Source of the DNA: a virus
DNA length: 64,000 nucleotides
IMG/VR virus record: IMGVR_UViG_3300027976_000007
Span: 32,001 to 96,000 of that record
Reading direction: 5' to 3' (one strand)
Part shown: piece after piece, positions 1-10,111 of the stretch
Numbering within the stretch: the first letter of the stretch is position 1
Layout: each line of letters starts with the position of its first letter
Translations under genes and position numbers: made by a program
Notes under the pieces: generated by a model
The model's input: only the letters and a program-made list of their open reading frames with translations
What the model was told of the DNA's origin: nothing
Database searches by the model: none

Positions 1-505
1 AATACCATCCGCGTTTGCTAAAATATTTGCTCCTATTCTTGACTATATGGTTAATAATCCCTTCCCCATCTTCAAAGAATTCTCCTAGTTCTTCTGGAGT
101 ACTAAAATGGGAATTATTGTTTTTGACATATTGTTTTTTATATTCTTTTCTTAAGGCCTCTTCAAATATACCTAATATATCCTCTCTGTCAGCTTCTGCC
201 CCACTTTTTTCATACATGATGGTTAAATAATGTTGGAGGGCTTCATGCAAGGCTGTTCCAAACACTGTATGAATGGTAGAGTTGAAAGTTTTATGACCTT
301 CTACATAATTTAATGACCACTTTTTAGGGCATTCATTAAACATAGAAAATTGAGAATAAGAAATATTTTTTTGGAAAGTATAATCTATTTCTATAGGAGT
401 ATAGTTTTGAATAGCTTCTATAAGTTTAGGGATGTACTTCTTTTTTTTCTTATTCTTAAGAGTAGGTTTATACTTTTCAGGGAACGAAAATAAATTATTT
501 TCCAT
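1..505 (-). CDS. PD-(D/E)XK / RecB-like exonuclease, N-terminal part (runs off window start)
   Basis: Not in ORF track (no stop in window). Manual translation from ATG 505: MENNLFSFPEK...ISYSQFSMFNECPKKWSLNY...FGTALHEALQ, typical N-terminus of the PDDEXK_1 family. Confidence 0.75.
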   Translation of the reverse strand, partial: MENNLFSFPEKYKPTLKNKKKKKYIPKLIEAIQNYTPIEIDYTFQKNISYSQFSMFNECPKKWSLNYVEGHKTFNSTIHTVFGTALHEALQHYLTIMYEKSGAEADREDILGIFEEALRKEYKKQYVKNNNSHFSTPEELGEFFEDGEGIINHIVKNRSKYFSKRGWY

Positions 506-681
506 TATCTAGGACCAATTAATAAGCCTCTACTGTCTTTGGTTTTTTTATAGGTAAGAATTTGAATCATTTCATAGGTCTCCTTAATCTCTAAACTCTT
601 AGATAAATCACCATCATTATAATGATCAATAAGAGAACTTAAGTGAGATTCTAATTCCTCTATTTTTTCTCCTATGCTCAT
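505..681 (-). CDS. small hypothetical protein (58 aa)
   Basis: Manual ORF MSIGEKIEELESH...LLIGPR*, overlapping both neighbours by 1-4 nt. Confidence 0.5.
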   Translation of the reverse strand: MSIGEKIEELESHLSSLIDHYNDGDLSKSLEIKETYEMIQILTYKKTKDSRGLLIGPR

Positions 682-917
682 ATTACATGTTTTGAATATT
701 CTTCTCTAAGGTCAGCAGGTATAGTATCCTTTATTATTTTATTAGTTATAGGATCATAAAAAACAGGGATTGGTAATAAACCATCTTCCTCCCCACCAGA
801 AAGGAATTTTGAGACTTTTCTTAATATTACTCCTTGCTGGAATATCACTCCACCTTCAGGGGTTTCAATACTGGTGGTGGATTTTAAATCCAAATTCATT
901 TGAGGTACTTGTTCCAT
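678..917 (-). CDS. hypothetical protein
   Basis: 79-aa ORF tightly packed in the operon. Confidence 0.7.
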   Translation of the reverse strand: MEQVPQMNLDLKSTTSIETPEGGVIFQQGVILRKVSKFLSGGEEDGLLPIPVFYDPITNKIIKDTIPADLREEYSKHVI

Positions 918-918
918 T

Positions 919-1371
919 TTATTTTGTTTTTAATAAATTTTTAGCTTCTTTTCCATCTATCCCATAATCCTCTAAGATTTGACTAAACCATTCTTTAGGC
1001 ATTATTCTTAAATAATCATTAGATTCTTTTATTGAGATATCAAATAAATTAGATATCAGTTTTAATTTATCTTCATTTAGTTTTGAAGATTTTGATTTTA
1101 TATATGGTGAATATGTTCTATTGTTCTTAGGTATAAGATTTGAATATATTCTATATAGTTTTTCTTTGTCTGAAGTTAGGGATTGTATTTCATCTATAAG
1201 TTCAATATATGAGGGGTTCATACTTAAAAATAAACTTATCATATATGGATCAAAAGTTTTCCATTGTTCAGGAGTAAAAGATTTATAATCGGATTTAGTT
1301 TTGATTATTTCTTCTAACCATGAAAATATATTCCATTTTTTATTCTTCACCATCAATATTCTTGATTTCAA
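919..1371 (-). CDS. putative clamp loader small subunit (T4 gp62-like)
   Basis: Adjacent to clamp loader ATPase; FDPYMI..FLSM and LIPK....PYIK motifs resemble gp62. Confidence 0.6.
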   Translation of the reverse strand: MKSRILMVKNKKWNIFSWLEEIIKTKSDYKSFTPEQWKTFDPYMISLFLSMNPSYIELIDEIQSLTSDKEKLYRIYSNLIPKNNRTYSPYIKSKSSKLNEDKLKLISNLFDISIKESNDYLRIMPKEWFSQILEDYGIDGKEAKNLLKTK

Positions 1372-1375
1372 CCCT

Positions 1376-2296
1376 TCATGAAATTACTTTTAGAAGTTTA
1401 GCTAAAGTAGATACTATGTTGATCTCTTTATTTAATCTACTTTGGGTCTTATATAAACCCTCCTCTATTAAAATTATAATTTCAGCAGTGTCTCCTTTTT
1501 TGTCATATTCCTCTATATTTTCATATAAGAATCTATATACATCCTCAAAATCATTTTTATTAGCATCAACTAATATTTGTCTTAGATTTTTTAATGAACT
1601 TCTATCTGGGGATTTAAGTATATCTAATACTAATTCTTTCCAATTATCTTGTGAATTTGTTATTTTTCCTAATTTTATTTCACCTTTTAAAGTAAATTGA
1701 TCACAAAGGTTATACATACTCCTCAAATCAGGATAAGTACTATTTATGATGGTAACTAAATCCTCCTTACTATATTTTATTTCTTGTTGATCTAATATTT
1801 CCATTAAACGTTTTCCTACTACCTGTTTTGATGGAGGTAATAATTCAAATTCTTGTAAACGGCTCCTAAGAGGTTCTATTAATCTTTCAGGAAAGTTACC
1901 TGTTAATATGAACCTAGTATTTAAACTAAAAGTTTCCATCATATTTAAAAGCAATACTTGACTCGCTTCTAGAATATGAGTTGCTTCATCTAGAATAACT
2001 ATTTTTAGAGGTTTAAATGAACCCGCAGAGGCAAAAGATCCTACTTTTTCTTTTATAGAATCCATCCCCCTATTATCCATAGCATTCAAATATAAAAAAT
2101 CACAATCTATATTTTTGGCTAAAATTTTGGATAAAGTAGACTTCCCACATCCTGGAAGTTTAGAGAACAAACCTATATGAGGTATGTCTTGTTTCTCTAT
2201 ATATTCCTCAAATTTATTTTTCTGATCTTCATCACAAATGAAACCTTTTAAAGTATCAGGTCTAGCAAGCTCATTAAGAATTGTATGTTTCTTCAT
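1376..2296 (-). CDS. clamp loader AAA+ subunit (RFC/T4 gp44-like)
   Basis: Walker A PGCGKST, Walker B ILDEA, LRSRL, PDLRS motifs. Confidence 0.92.
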   Translation of the reverse strand: MKKHTILNELARPDTLKGFICDEDQKNKFEEYIEKQDIPHIGLFSKLPGCGKSTLSKILAKNIDCDFLYLNAMDNRGMDSIKEKVGSFASAGSFKPLKIVILDEATHILEASQVLLLNMMETFSLNTRFILTGNFPERLIEPLRSRLQEFELLPPSKQVVGKRLMEILDQQEIKYSKEDLVTIINSTYPDLRSMYNLCDQFTLKGEIKLGKITNSQDNWKELVLDILKSPDRSSLKNLRQILVDANKNDFEDVYRFLYENIEEYDKKGDTAEIIILIEEGLYKTQSRLNKEINIVSTLAKLLKVIS

Positions 2297-2300
2297 ATAT

Positions 2301-2332
2301 TTAATATAACATAAATTTAATTAAAGGCCAAA
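2301..2332 (-). promoter_or_regulatory. Bacteroidota-type promoter TTTG-N20-TATATTAA
   Basis: Minus strand TTTG GCCTTTAATTAAATTTATGT TATATTAA upstream of clamp loader. Confidence 0.65.
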
Positions 2333-2614
2333 TTATATACCTTGTTTAAATGTACCATAGATACTATATTCTTTAGGGGGAGATGGTGGGTGTACTTCTA
2401 CTTCCTCTATATTTACCGAATATAAGTTTCCTCCTATAGGGTCTAAGTAAAAAGCTTTATTAAATCCTGTATTTTGGAAGTATGCTTCTAAAGCTTCTGT
2501 AAGGGAATTATATACCGTAAGGGATGATTTTAATACCCAATTATCTCCATTTGTCCCTTTGAGAGGTCTTCTGGTAGCTATAAGGACTTTTGACTCTATT
2601 ATTTCTTTTTCCAT
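2333..2614 (-). CDS. hypothetical protein
   Basis: 93-aa ORF directly downstream of groEL. Confidence 0.7.
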   Translation of the reverse strand: MEKEIIESKVLIATRRPLKGTNGDNWVLKSSLTVYNSLTEALEAYFQNTGFNKAFYLDPIGGNLYSVNIEEVEVHPPSPPKEYSIYGTFKQGI

Positions 2615-2615
2615 A

Positions 2616-4268
2616 TTAATACATACTTTGCATCATATTCTGAGATGATTCTTCTGATTTATCTTCGGGAATATCTATTATTACAGCTTCTGTAAGTAAT
2701 ACTATTCCTGCCACAGAACAAGCATTTTCTAATGCTACTCTACAAACTTTAGTAGGGTCTATAATCCCTTTTTCAATCATGTTAACTACGGTTTCTGTTT
2801 TTAAATCAAAACCAAAATGAGGAGATGAACCTGCTTTACCTTTTTTTAGGATTTCATCAGTTATACTAAATATTTCTTGAAGAGAATATCCGGCATTTTC
2901 TAATATTTTATTAAAGGGGGATGAACATGCTCTATAAACTATACTTTGACCTGTTTTGAAACTTTTACTACTACTTTTATCTTCAATTATAGCTTCTTTA
3001 GCAAACAATAAAGCAACTCCTCCTCCAGGTATAATTCCTTCTTCTAAAGCGGCTTTGGTCGCATGTAAAGCATCATCAACGCGGTCCTTCTTCTCTTTCA
3101 TTTCCGTTTCACTATTCCCACCAACATGGATTATAGATACTCCTCCTACCATTTTAGCTAATCTATCTTGCACTTGTTCCTTCTCAAATGGTGACTTTGA
3201 AATGTCTATTTGGTTTTGAAGTTCTTCCACTCTAGAATTAATAGCTTCTTCATCTCCCTTCCCATCAATTATAGTTGTTTGATCTTTAGTAATGTTGGCT
3301 ACTCTGGCCTCACCAAACCATTCATAACTAAACTTATCAAGTTTCATACCTTTACTTTTACTAAAAACTTGACCTCCTGTAAGAGTAGCTATATCTTCTA
3401 ATATAAGTTTTCTTCTATCTCCAAAGTCTGGAGCTTTGACAGCACATACTTTTATAGTTCCTCTTGCTTTGTTAACTATAAGGGTAGCTAAGGCTTCATG
3501 GTCTATGTCTTCCGCTATAATTAAAAGAGATTTATTGCTGGAAGATACAGACTCTAATATAGGAAGAAGTTCTTTAACTTGAGTAAATTTTTCATCTGCA
3601 ATTAATATATATGGGTTTTCTAAAGTACAAGACATTTCATTATTGTTGGTGACAAAGAAATGGGATTTATATCCTCTATCAAACTGCATACCTTCTACAT
3701 TTTCAAGAAAAGTCTCTCCTGTTTTTGATTCTTCTATATGTACTATTCCATCTTTCCCTACTGTTTTTACAGCTAAAGAAATAAGTTTCCCTACTTCAAC
3801 ATCATTATTAGCAGAAATCATAGCTACTTGTTCTAGTTGGAAGTCTTGAGAAATATCTTTTGATATATGTTTTTTCAAATGATCAATAACTTGAGAAACC
3901 GCATTGTCAATTCCTCTTTTAACCTCTACAGAATTAACTAAGGGATTAATTTCTTCCGCCCCCAGGTTTACCATTTGTTGAGTTAGTAGTGTAGAGGTAG
4001 TAGTTCCATCCCCGGCTTTATCCGAAGTGTTAATTGATGCTTGCTTTACCATCTGCGCTCCTATATCTTCTACAGGATCATCAAGTTTTTCTATAGCTTT
4101 AGCAACAGATACTCCATCCTTGGTAGAAGTAACTTCTCCATTTTTAATATAGACGGCGTTTCTACCATTAGGTCCTAATGTTGATACTACAGCGTCTGCT
4201 AACTGGTTTATCCCTTTTATAAGTTTAGTTCTTCCTTGGGTTGAAAGATGTATTTTTTGTTTTTTCAT
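2616..4268 (-). CDS. groEL: chaperonin GroEL
   Basis: [37 protein letters not shown] motifs; 550 aa. Confidence 0.98.
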   Translation of the reverse strand: MKKQKIHLSTQGRTKLIKGINQLADAVVSTLGPNGRNAVYIKNGEVTSTKDGVSVAKAIEKLDDPVEDIGAQMVKQASINTSDKAGDGTTTSTLLTQQMVNLGAEEINPLVNSVEVKRGIDNAVSQVIDHLKKHISKDISQDFQLEQVAMISANNDVEVGKLISLAVKTVGKDGIVHIEESKTGETFLENVEGMQFDRGYKSHFFVTNNNEMSCTLENPYILIADEKFTQVKELLPILESVSSSNKSLLIIAEDIDHEALATLIVNKARGTIKVCAVKAPDFGDRRKLILEDIATLTGGQVFSKSKGMKLDKFSYEWFGEARVANITKDQTTIIDGKGDEEAINSRVEELQNQIDISKSPFEKEQVQDRLAKMVGGVSIIHVGGNSETEMKEKKDRVDDALHATKAALEEGIIPGGGVALLFAKEAIIEDKSSSKSFKTGQSIVYRACSSPFNKILENAGYSLQEIFSITDEILKKGKAGSSPHFGFDLKTETVVNMIEKGIIDPTKVCRVALENACSVAGIVLLTEAVIIDIPEDKSEESSQNMMQSMY

Positions 4269-4278
4269 GTTTTGTTTC

Positions 4279-4581
4279 TTATTTAATAACAGCTAATATT
4301 TGTTTCTCTGGACCTATAAAATATTCTTGTCCTTTAAATTCGAACCTGGTAAAACCCATAGTAGGAAGAACAACTACATCCCCTATATTAATTCGGGTTG
4401 GGATAAGATTTCCCATAACCGAATAACTTCCGGGCCCTACATCTACTACAGTTCCTTTCTTATTTATATCTTTCCCTAAATCTGGTACTATAATAGAACC
4501 ATGAGATTCTTCTTCATCCTCAAAGGGTAATACTATAACGGCATCAAAGAGGGCAGTGAGTTTTTGTTCTTTTTTATTCAT
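4279..4581 (-). CDS. groES: co-chaperonin GroES
   Basis: GSIIVPD...GTVVDVGPG...IGDVV, 100 aa, immediately upstream of groEL. Confidence 0.93.
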   Translation of the reverse strand: MNKKEQKLTALFDAVIVLPFEDEEESHGSIIVPDLGKDINKKGTVVDVGPGSYSVMGNLIPTRINIGDVVVLPTMGFTRFEFKGQEYFIGPEKQILAVIK

Positions 4582-4879
4582 CTATTTTTAATTTTTCCAT
4601 TAAAGTTTTCAATTCGTCATTTATATTTTGAAAAGTTTGAAGGTAGGAATTAATTGAGGTATATTCCTTTTGATCCTCTTGAACTTTTATAGTGCTTATT
4701 TTTTTAAGTACATCACCTAATTTAGGATAAAAACCTAATTTAGAATCAGAAGAAACATAATATTTCCCTTTTGTTCTACTTTTAAATATAGTATAACAAT
4801 ATCTATCTTTAGATAGATAATAGGGGTCTAGATTCTTATCTTTTATAATAACATTAAGTTGGACTTTACCTCTACTCAT
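4574..4879 (-). CDS. hypothetical protein
   Basis: 101-aa ORF overlapping groES start. Confidence 0.7.
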   Translation of the reverse strand: MSRGKVQLNVIIKDKNLDPYYLSKDRYCYTIFKSRTKGKYYVSSDSKLGFYPKLGDVLKKISTIKVQEDQKEYTSINSYLQTFQNINDELKTLMEKLKIDE

Positions 4880-4889
4880 TTTTTAATTT

Positions 4890-5624
4890 TTAAAAATTAT
4901 TATCACTTTTTCTTACAATAAAATACTCACTCTCTACTCCATCAACTATAAATTCTAATTTCATTAGGCCTTTATTACTTATAAAAAGCTTACCTCCATT
5001 TGGGTTTTTATTAACATGGAGAATAGTTCTAAAAATTTCTGAATTAAAAGGGAGCCTAATGTTTAGTTCTTTAATTTTCCCTGTAACGGAATATGAAATT
5101 TTGTTATTATGCCCTTCTTCATCCCCAAAAATAAATTCACATACGTTATCCCCAACCAATGAAGTAGTAGTATGTATTAACATATTGTCAACTTCCCCTA
5201 AAGCGGCTTTAGCTTTAGTAAGATTTAAAACATCCTTTTCTTCTAGATTTAATTCTACTTCCCATTCAGGAATGTTAACAGTCCCCACTTTAGATATAAG
5301 TAGAGGTTCGGCTAAAGCATAAGTAAGATTAAAATCTTGATCTGAAATATGGAGTTTAGTGAATTTAGATTGATGTTTTTCTAAATCCAAAGAAATATCT
5401 TGACTACATATAGATATCAAACCTGATAGTTTTTTAGTATCAAATATAGCTAACTTACTATCAATCAAATTGAAATTGGGGCATTTAACCTTACCAATAA
5501 CATCCCTTGTAGGGGTCATAAAGTCTATATTAAGAGAATTATTCTTAATTTCCCACATTACAGATTCATTTATCTTTAAATAATACTTATCTATTATAGA
5601 AGAAAGTAGAGATTTATTTATCAT
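4890..5624 (-). CDS. putative sliding clamp (T4 gp45-like)
   Basis: 244 aa, beta-rich, C-terminal ISNKGLMKLEF...EYFI; next to PolB and clamp loader. Confidence 0.7.
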   Translation of the reverse strand: MINKSLLSSIIDKYYLKINESVMWEIKNNSLNIDFMTPTRDVIGKVKCPNFNLIDSKLAIFDTKKLSGLISICSQDISLDLEKHQSKFTKLHISDQDFNLTYALAEPLLISKVGTVNIPEWEVELNLEEKDVLNLTKAKAALGEVDNMLIHTTTSLVGDNVCEFIFGDEEGHNNKISYSVTGKIKELNIRLPFNSEIFRTILHVNKNPNGGKLFISNKGLMKLEFIVDGVESEYFIVRKSDNNF

Positions 5625-5639
5625 ATCTTATATTATATT

Positions 5640-5671
5640 TAAATATAACATCTTATTTTACGTAAACCAAA
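5640..5671 (-). promoter_or_regulatory. promoter TTTG-N20-TATATTTA
   Basis: Minus strand TTTG GTTTACGTAAAATAAGATGT TATATTTA. Confidence 0.65.
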
Positions 5672-5672
5672 C

Positions 5673-6602
5673 TTAAAAATTAAAAAATATATCTATATGT
5701 TCGTTAGTATTAAAAACCCATTCTAGGTCACTATATAAACCTTCAAGTTTATTTAATAATATAGATTCAAATATTTTCTTTCTATTTACGTATGTTTCTA
5801 TAAATGTTAAAATTTCAGGGGATATATCATAATCCAAAAAAGCTATAGCCTCTATATGGTAAGGATTAGATTTTAAATAAACCCATTTTACTTTATCCCC
5901 AGGGGAAATAGTTTTGTGTTTTTTATTTAAATCCCAGAAATTTAATAAATCATTATGTCGGGCTACTGCTCTTACGGCGGCGGGCGTTCTTTTTTTTAAT
6001 TTAGATAGAATTTCTCCTTTTTTAGGTTTTGAATCTAAGTATTTAGTGAGTGTTTTTACTGAAGTTGGATTACCTAATTTGTTAATAGATATCTCCCCAT
6101 CTAATATTTGGTTTTTATATTTTTTAATTCTCTTATCTATTTCATTTTGAGATTGGCCTTTTAATATATCGATTAAGGCTTCTCTAAAGAACTTACCAAA
6201 ATCTGGAGGGAAATTTGCTTTTTTAAATTCTAAACCTTTTATATCTAATTCATCAACATCTATCCCTTCCTTTTTAGTAATCCATTGAGCATATCTTCTA
6301 GTAGATCTAAAGTAAGCGGATCGAATTACAGCTTCCGTTTTCATCTCTAATCTATGTTCTTCAACATTAAAACATTCCCGGGTTAAAGAATTATAAGATT
6401 CATTTATTATATCTTGATACTCAAGAGCTATTTTCTCTAAACGTTTATCTTTATCCTTTTCATCTAAGTTATCAAAATCAGGGTATAAATATCTTAGGAG
6501 GGGTTCTGCATGTACATAAATTGAGTCAGTGTCTGAGTAGATTACATAATTTTTTAAACTTGAAGGGCAAATAAATTCAGGGATTTCTTGTAAATGTTTC
6601 AT
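5673..6602 (-). CDS. family B DNA polymerase, C-terminal part (motif C and thumb)
   Basis: YSDTDSIY (motif C), RRYA, IKGLE motifs. Confidence 0.92.
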   Translation of the reverse strand: MKHLQEIPEFICPSSLKNYVIYSDTDSIYVHAEPLLRYLYPDFDNLDEKDKDKRLEKIALEYQDIINESYNSLTRECFNVEEHRLEMKTEAVIRSAYFRSTRRYAQWITKKEGIDVDELDIKGLEFKKANFPPDFGKFFREALIDILKGQSQNEIDKRIKKYKNQILDGEISINKLGNPTSVKTLTKYLDSKPKKGEILSKLKKRTPAAVRAVARHNDLLNFWDLNKKHKTISPGDKVKWVYLKSNPYHIEAIAFLDYDISPEILTFIETYVNRKKIFESILLNKLEGLYSDLEWVFNTNEHIDIFFNF

Positions 6603-6604
6603 TT

Positions 6605-9424
6605 TTATGTTTTTATAACTTCATTCATTCTCCTGTTGATGGTCAAAGCGGATTCTTGGATAATTCTGTGACCACTAAGTGTTATAGCTTCACTTAGAAG
6701 AGCATGGTTCATCCCATAACGGAAAGAAGGTTGACTAGTAGCACCATAAAGACTGTTCAGTAGAATCTTTACTGTATATTGGTACATATGATAAGTTTCA
6801 GCATCCACTTTGTTCCCGGATTTATATGCTTCTTTCATTAAGGTTTTATATTTAACCCTTTCATTAAACCATTTTTTTAATATGATAGATAATACAGATT
6901 CTCTCTCTTTTGTAAAGAAAACACCATTAGCGGAAATTGATAAATTTTGGGATACTATAAGGTTAATAAGATCCAAAACTTTTATTTCAGTTCTTTTCCC
7001 TTTATTATTTTCTATTATAAGTTTTTCTTTTGGATCTTTAAGTTTTAAATCATTTAACCCTAAACGATTATTTCTATCATCGGTATCAATGATCCTGCCT
7101 ACCAAAGTTTCTTTCCCTATATTGAGGGTCATTATTATTTTAGGATATAGGGAAACTAAATCTTCATCATACACATATTTATAAATTCCGGCTTTAGGGC
7201 AAAACAAATAACCTCCAGCATAATCTTTTTTAGGTATTTGGTTTCTTTCTCTTGATGGAGGAATAATATTTTTATCTAAAAGGTAAGCTGAAATAGCTCC
7301 ATCTTGAGTTTTAGTATTAGCATATACTTCACTATAATTATGTTTTCCTTTATGGGATAGATTTTTAACTAAGGTTAAATAATTCCATTTGGGGTCTAAT
7401 AAAACTAATATTTCCACGTCTCTGAAACCATATTGGATAAAGGTTTCTATATCATTTTCATATAGTTCATCTAAGTTTCCGGCCTCAATCTTTTTTAGAT
7501 TTACATATTTTTCCCCTATGTCATCTAATTTAAAGGATATTTCATCCTCCCAACTGAATTTTTTATGTAACCTCATAAAATCTAAAGATTCAACTCCTAC
7601 TATTTGGATATATTGATCATCATACCAAGGTGTTTCTCTTATTTTATTTATAGGAGAAAGATAAGATGTAATTTCCTCTCCTAATATTCTACACATTCTA
7701 TAATAGGTATAAGGTACATCAAAGAAATCACAGTTATGGGTTTTTACTCCTTCATAAGTAAAATAACTTGTTGAGGTAGTTATATCACACATATCTACCT
7801 CCTCCTTAGTATCTATAATTTCTCTTACCCTAACTAGGACTTTATCTTTAAGAACATACTTTTTAGTATTACATGAGGGTTTGTTTTTAAATTCAAAATA
7901 TTTTATTTTATTTTTTTGTTGGTTATTCTTGTACCCTCTCAAACATAAACCCTCAATGAAGGTTTTGTTATTGAAGATATTGGTGTATGGTATATTTAAA
8001 TTATTCTCGGAAGATTCAATTGTAGAATAAACACCATTCCATAATAACAACTCATGAAATTTATGGATGTTGTTTTCATAATTACAAAAAGATAAAAATT
8101 TATTATTAACACTACCATCCCCATCGATACACCCTGAAAAGAATGATGAAAATTGTTTTTTAGAAAGTTTAGATAGTAAATTTATATTAAGTGATTTTTC
8201 ATCATTCCCCCCATAAATTAACTTTTTTAATAACTTAAACTTACCATCATGTGAATTTTTACTAAACATTCTAAAATTATAATTAGGTTTAGCATTAGGG
8301 TAAAGTTTTGATATGGAGGGTTTTAATTGATCAATATTCTCAATTTGGGATGATTCTCGCCTATAAATATTTGCTAGAGGTATAATATTTTCAATTAGCT
8401 CCTTACAACTATTAGATACACTAATAGAGTTAGTGTCACCCTTCCCTTCACTGTGATACCAACCATCAGTAAATATAAGACCTAACAGATATAAATCATC
8501 ATTAGTTATAGGTACAGTATCTTTACCCCCTACTAAACTCATATTTTGATTATTGTTAGGATTATTACCTTTAATAACTTCTAGATATAAATCATTGTTA
8601 TTACCTATCATATCCTTTACAGATTTATCGGATACATTCTCTAGTATAGGGTTTAATGATTGATAGGTTGATGTTTTTTCATATACTGGGAAGATATGGT
8701 CTATACTACTTTTTATAGTGTTACCATTTTCTAATAGAAGATTATATTGGTTCTTCATTTTTGATGATACATATCGAAGTACTCTGTTATCCACACCATG
8801 TAATGGGGTATTATTGGGTATATTTTCGATTTCTACAATTTCATCCTCTTTCCATATTCTGGATGTTTTTGGAATACAATTCCATCCTACTATTATGTCG
8901 GGATCTATCTCTCTGAACCTTTCTAAGAATATTAACAGGAGTTCTTTTTCCGTTCTGCAAGGTATTATTTCTTTATTTCTATGTTTGGTGTGGGCTACTT
9001 TACCTGTAGGGTCTAAGATTAATAGACCCCACATATCTAGTTGTTTATCGTACCAAGCGATTTGGGTGATTTTTTTAGCTGCTTCTTTTATACTTTCAGG
9101 GGTTAGAGATTCTAACATCTCAGTTTCTATATCCCAAAAGAATTCTCTGTGGGTTTTAGAGGGTTCATCATTTATTCCATATTTTTCAATAAGGAATTTT
9201 TGGTGAGGGGTAATATCATGGAAATGTAGTCTTGGATTATCTTTATCCCATTCATTAACTTTTTTTAGAAATTCCCCATTTAACCCTCGATGAGTATGAA
9301 TAGATTCAGAGCATTCTATAAAGGCCCAATTATTCCATTTTATTTTTTCATACCCTCGATCATCCCAAAGATGGATGAGACATTTATTGCCCCCTAACCC
9401 CTGGGAAAAACATTTCTTATACAT
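6605..9424 (-). CDS. family B DNA polymerase, N-terminal part (3'-5' exonuclease, motifs A and B), intein-containing
   Basis: DIET (ExoI), GWN..FD (ExoII, interrupted), Y...DV (ExoIII), DLVSLYPKII (A), KILLNSLYG (B). Confidence 0.95.
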   Translation of the reverse strand: MYKKCFSQGLGGNKCLIHLWDDRGYEKIKWNNWAFIECSESIHTHRGLNGEFLKKVNEWDKDNPRLHFHDITPHQKFLIEKYGINDEPSKTHREFFWDIETEMLESLTPESIKEAAKKITQIAWYDKQLDMWGLLILDPTGKVAHTKHRNKEIIPCRTEKELLLIFLERFREIDPDIIVGWNCIPKTSRIWKEDEIVEIENIPNNTPLHGVDNRVLRYVSSKMKNQYNLLLENGNTIKSSIDHIFPVYEKTSTYQSLNPILENVSDKSVKDMIGNNNDLYLEVIKGNNPNNNQNMSLVGGKDTVPITNDDLYLLGLIFTDGWYHSEGKGDTNSISVSNSCKELIENIIPLANIYRRESSQIENIDQLKPSISKLYPNAKPNYNFRMFSKNSHDGKFKLLKKLIYGGNDEKSLNINLLSKLSKKQFSSFFSGCIDGDGSVNNKFLSFCNYENNIHKFHELLLWNGVYSTIESSENNLNIPYTNIFNNKTFIEGLCLRGYKNNQQKNKIKYFEFKNKPSCNTKKYVLKDKVLVRVREIIDTKEEVDMCDITTSTSYFTYEGVKTHNCDFFDVPYTYYRMCRILGEEITSYLSPINKIRETPWYDDQYIQIVGVESLDFMRLHKKFSWEDEISFKLDDIGEKYVNLKKIEAGNLDELYENDIETFIQYGFRDVEILVLLDPKWNYLTLVKNLSHKGKHNYSEVYANTKTQDGAISAYLLDKNIIPPSRERNQIPKKDYAGGYLFCPKAGIYKYVYDEDLVSLYPKIIMTLNIGKETLVGRIIDTDDRNNRLGLNDLKLKDPKEKLIIENNKGKRTEIKVLDLINLIVSQNLSISANGVFFTKERESVLSIILKKWFNERVKYKTLMKEAYKSGNKVDAETYHMYQYTVKILLNSLYGATSQPSFRYGMNHALLSEAITLSGHRIIQESALTINRRMNEVIKT
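7733..8878 (-). mobile_element. intein with LAGLIDADG homing endonuclease (382 aa) in PolB ExoII motif
   Basis: GWN|CIPKTS...VKTHN|CDFFD; LLGLIFTDG and FFSGCIDGDG motifs; removal restores GWNCDFFD. Confidence 0.93.
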
Positions 9425-9436
9425 GTAAATAGATTT

Positions 9437-9979
9437 TTATTTTTTACAAGAATCAATTTCGTCTTGGGTAAAGAATTTTTTCAAGTCAGGGGAGAAATAA
9501 TTAATAGATTTCATTACCTTCATATCGTGAGTTCTGAAGACTACATATCCATAATCTGTTTTAACATAACGGCAAGGTGTTCCTTGTTGTAATGATCTTA
9601 CTCTAACGGTTTCTTCAGCTTCATATAATGTATTGCATATTTTGGATAAATTAGAAGCTTGAACTTCAGCATATCCCGCTTCAATTTTATCCTTTAAACC
9701 AAAAACTAAAGCACCATTCCCTAACCCTACATAAACTATATCTAATATCCCATCAAATATTTTTACTATATCCTTTTCATCAACTGCTTCTTTTAATTCA
9801 TCTAACTCCTCTTGAATAAAATCAATTACAAATTTGGCATCCTTAAGGTCAATGGTAGGGGTTGTTCTGTTTTGCCAACTCTTATTCATAAGTTCATTAA
9901 ACTCTTCTACTTCCGAAATGAAAGGTATCTTATTTTTCATATTTATTTCGATATTTGTTTTGGTATTTGTTTTTAACAT
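9437..9979 (-). CDS. MazG/PRA-PH-like nucleoside triphosphate pyrophosphohydrolase
   Basis: IQEELDEL, DGILDIVYV, EVQASNLSK motifs. Confidence 0.8.
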   Translation of the reverse strand: MLKTNTKTNIEINMKNKIPFISEVEEFNELMNKSWQNRTTPTIDLKDAKFVIDFIQEELDELKEAVDEKDIVKIFDGILDIVYVGLGNGALVFGLKDKIEAGYAEVQASNLSKICNTLYEAEETVRVRSLQQGTPCRYVKTDYGYVVFRTHDMKVMKSINYFSPDLKKFFTQDEIDSCKK

Positions 9980-10111
9980 ATTGAAATTTATTATCCATTT
10001 TAATATTCTCGTCTTTCAACATAATATACATTTTCTTTTTGTAAATTCCAAATTATTTTTTTTGATATTCCTAGATATAACACTTTTTATATAAGAATAC
10101 AAATACAGGAA

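Noticed and set aside
6595-6620. Split (trans-splicing) intein joining the PolB halves
   Set aside because: No intein N- or C-terminal motifs flank the break; the only intein is the contiguous one at 7733-8878.
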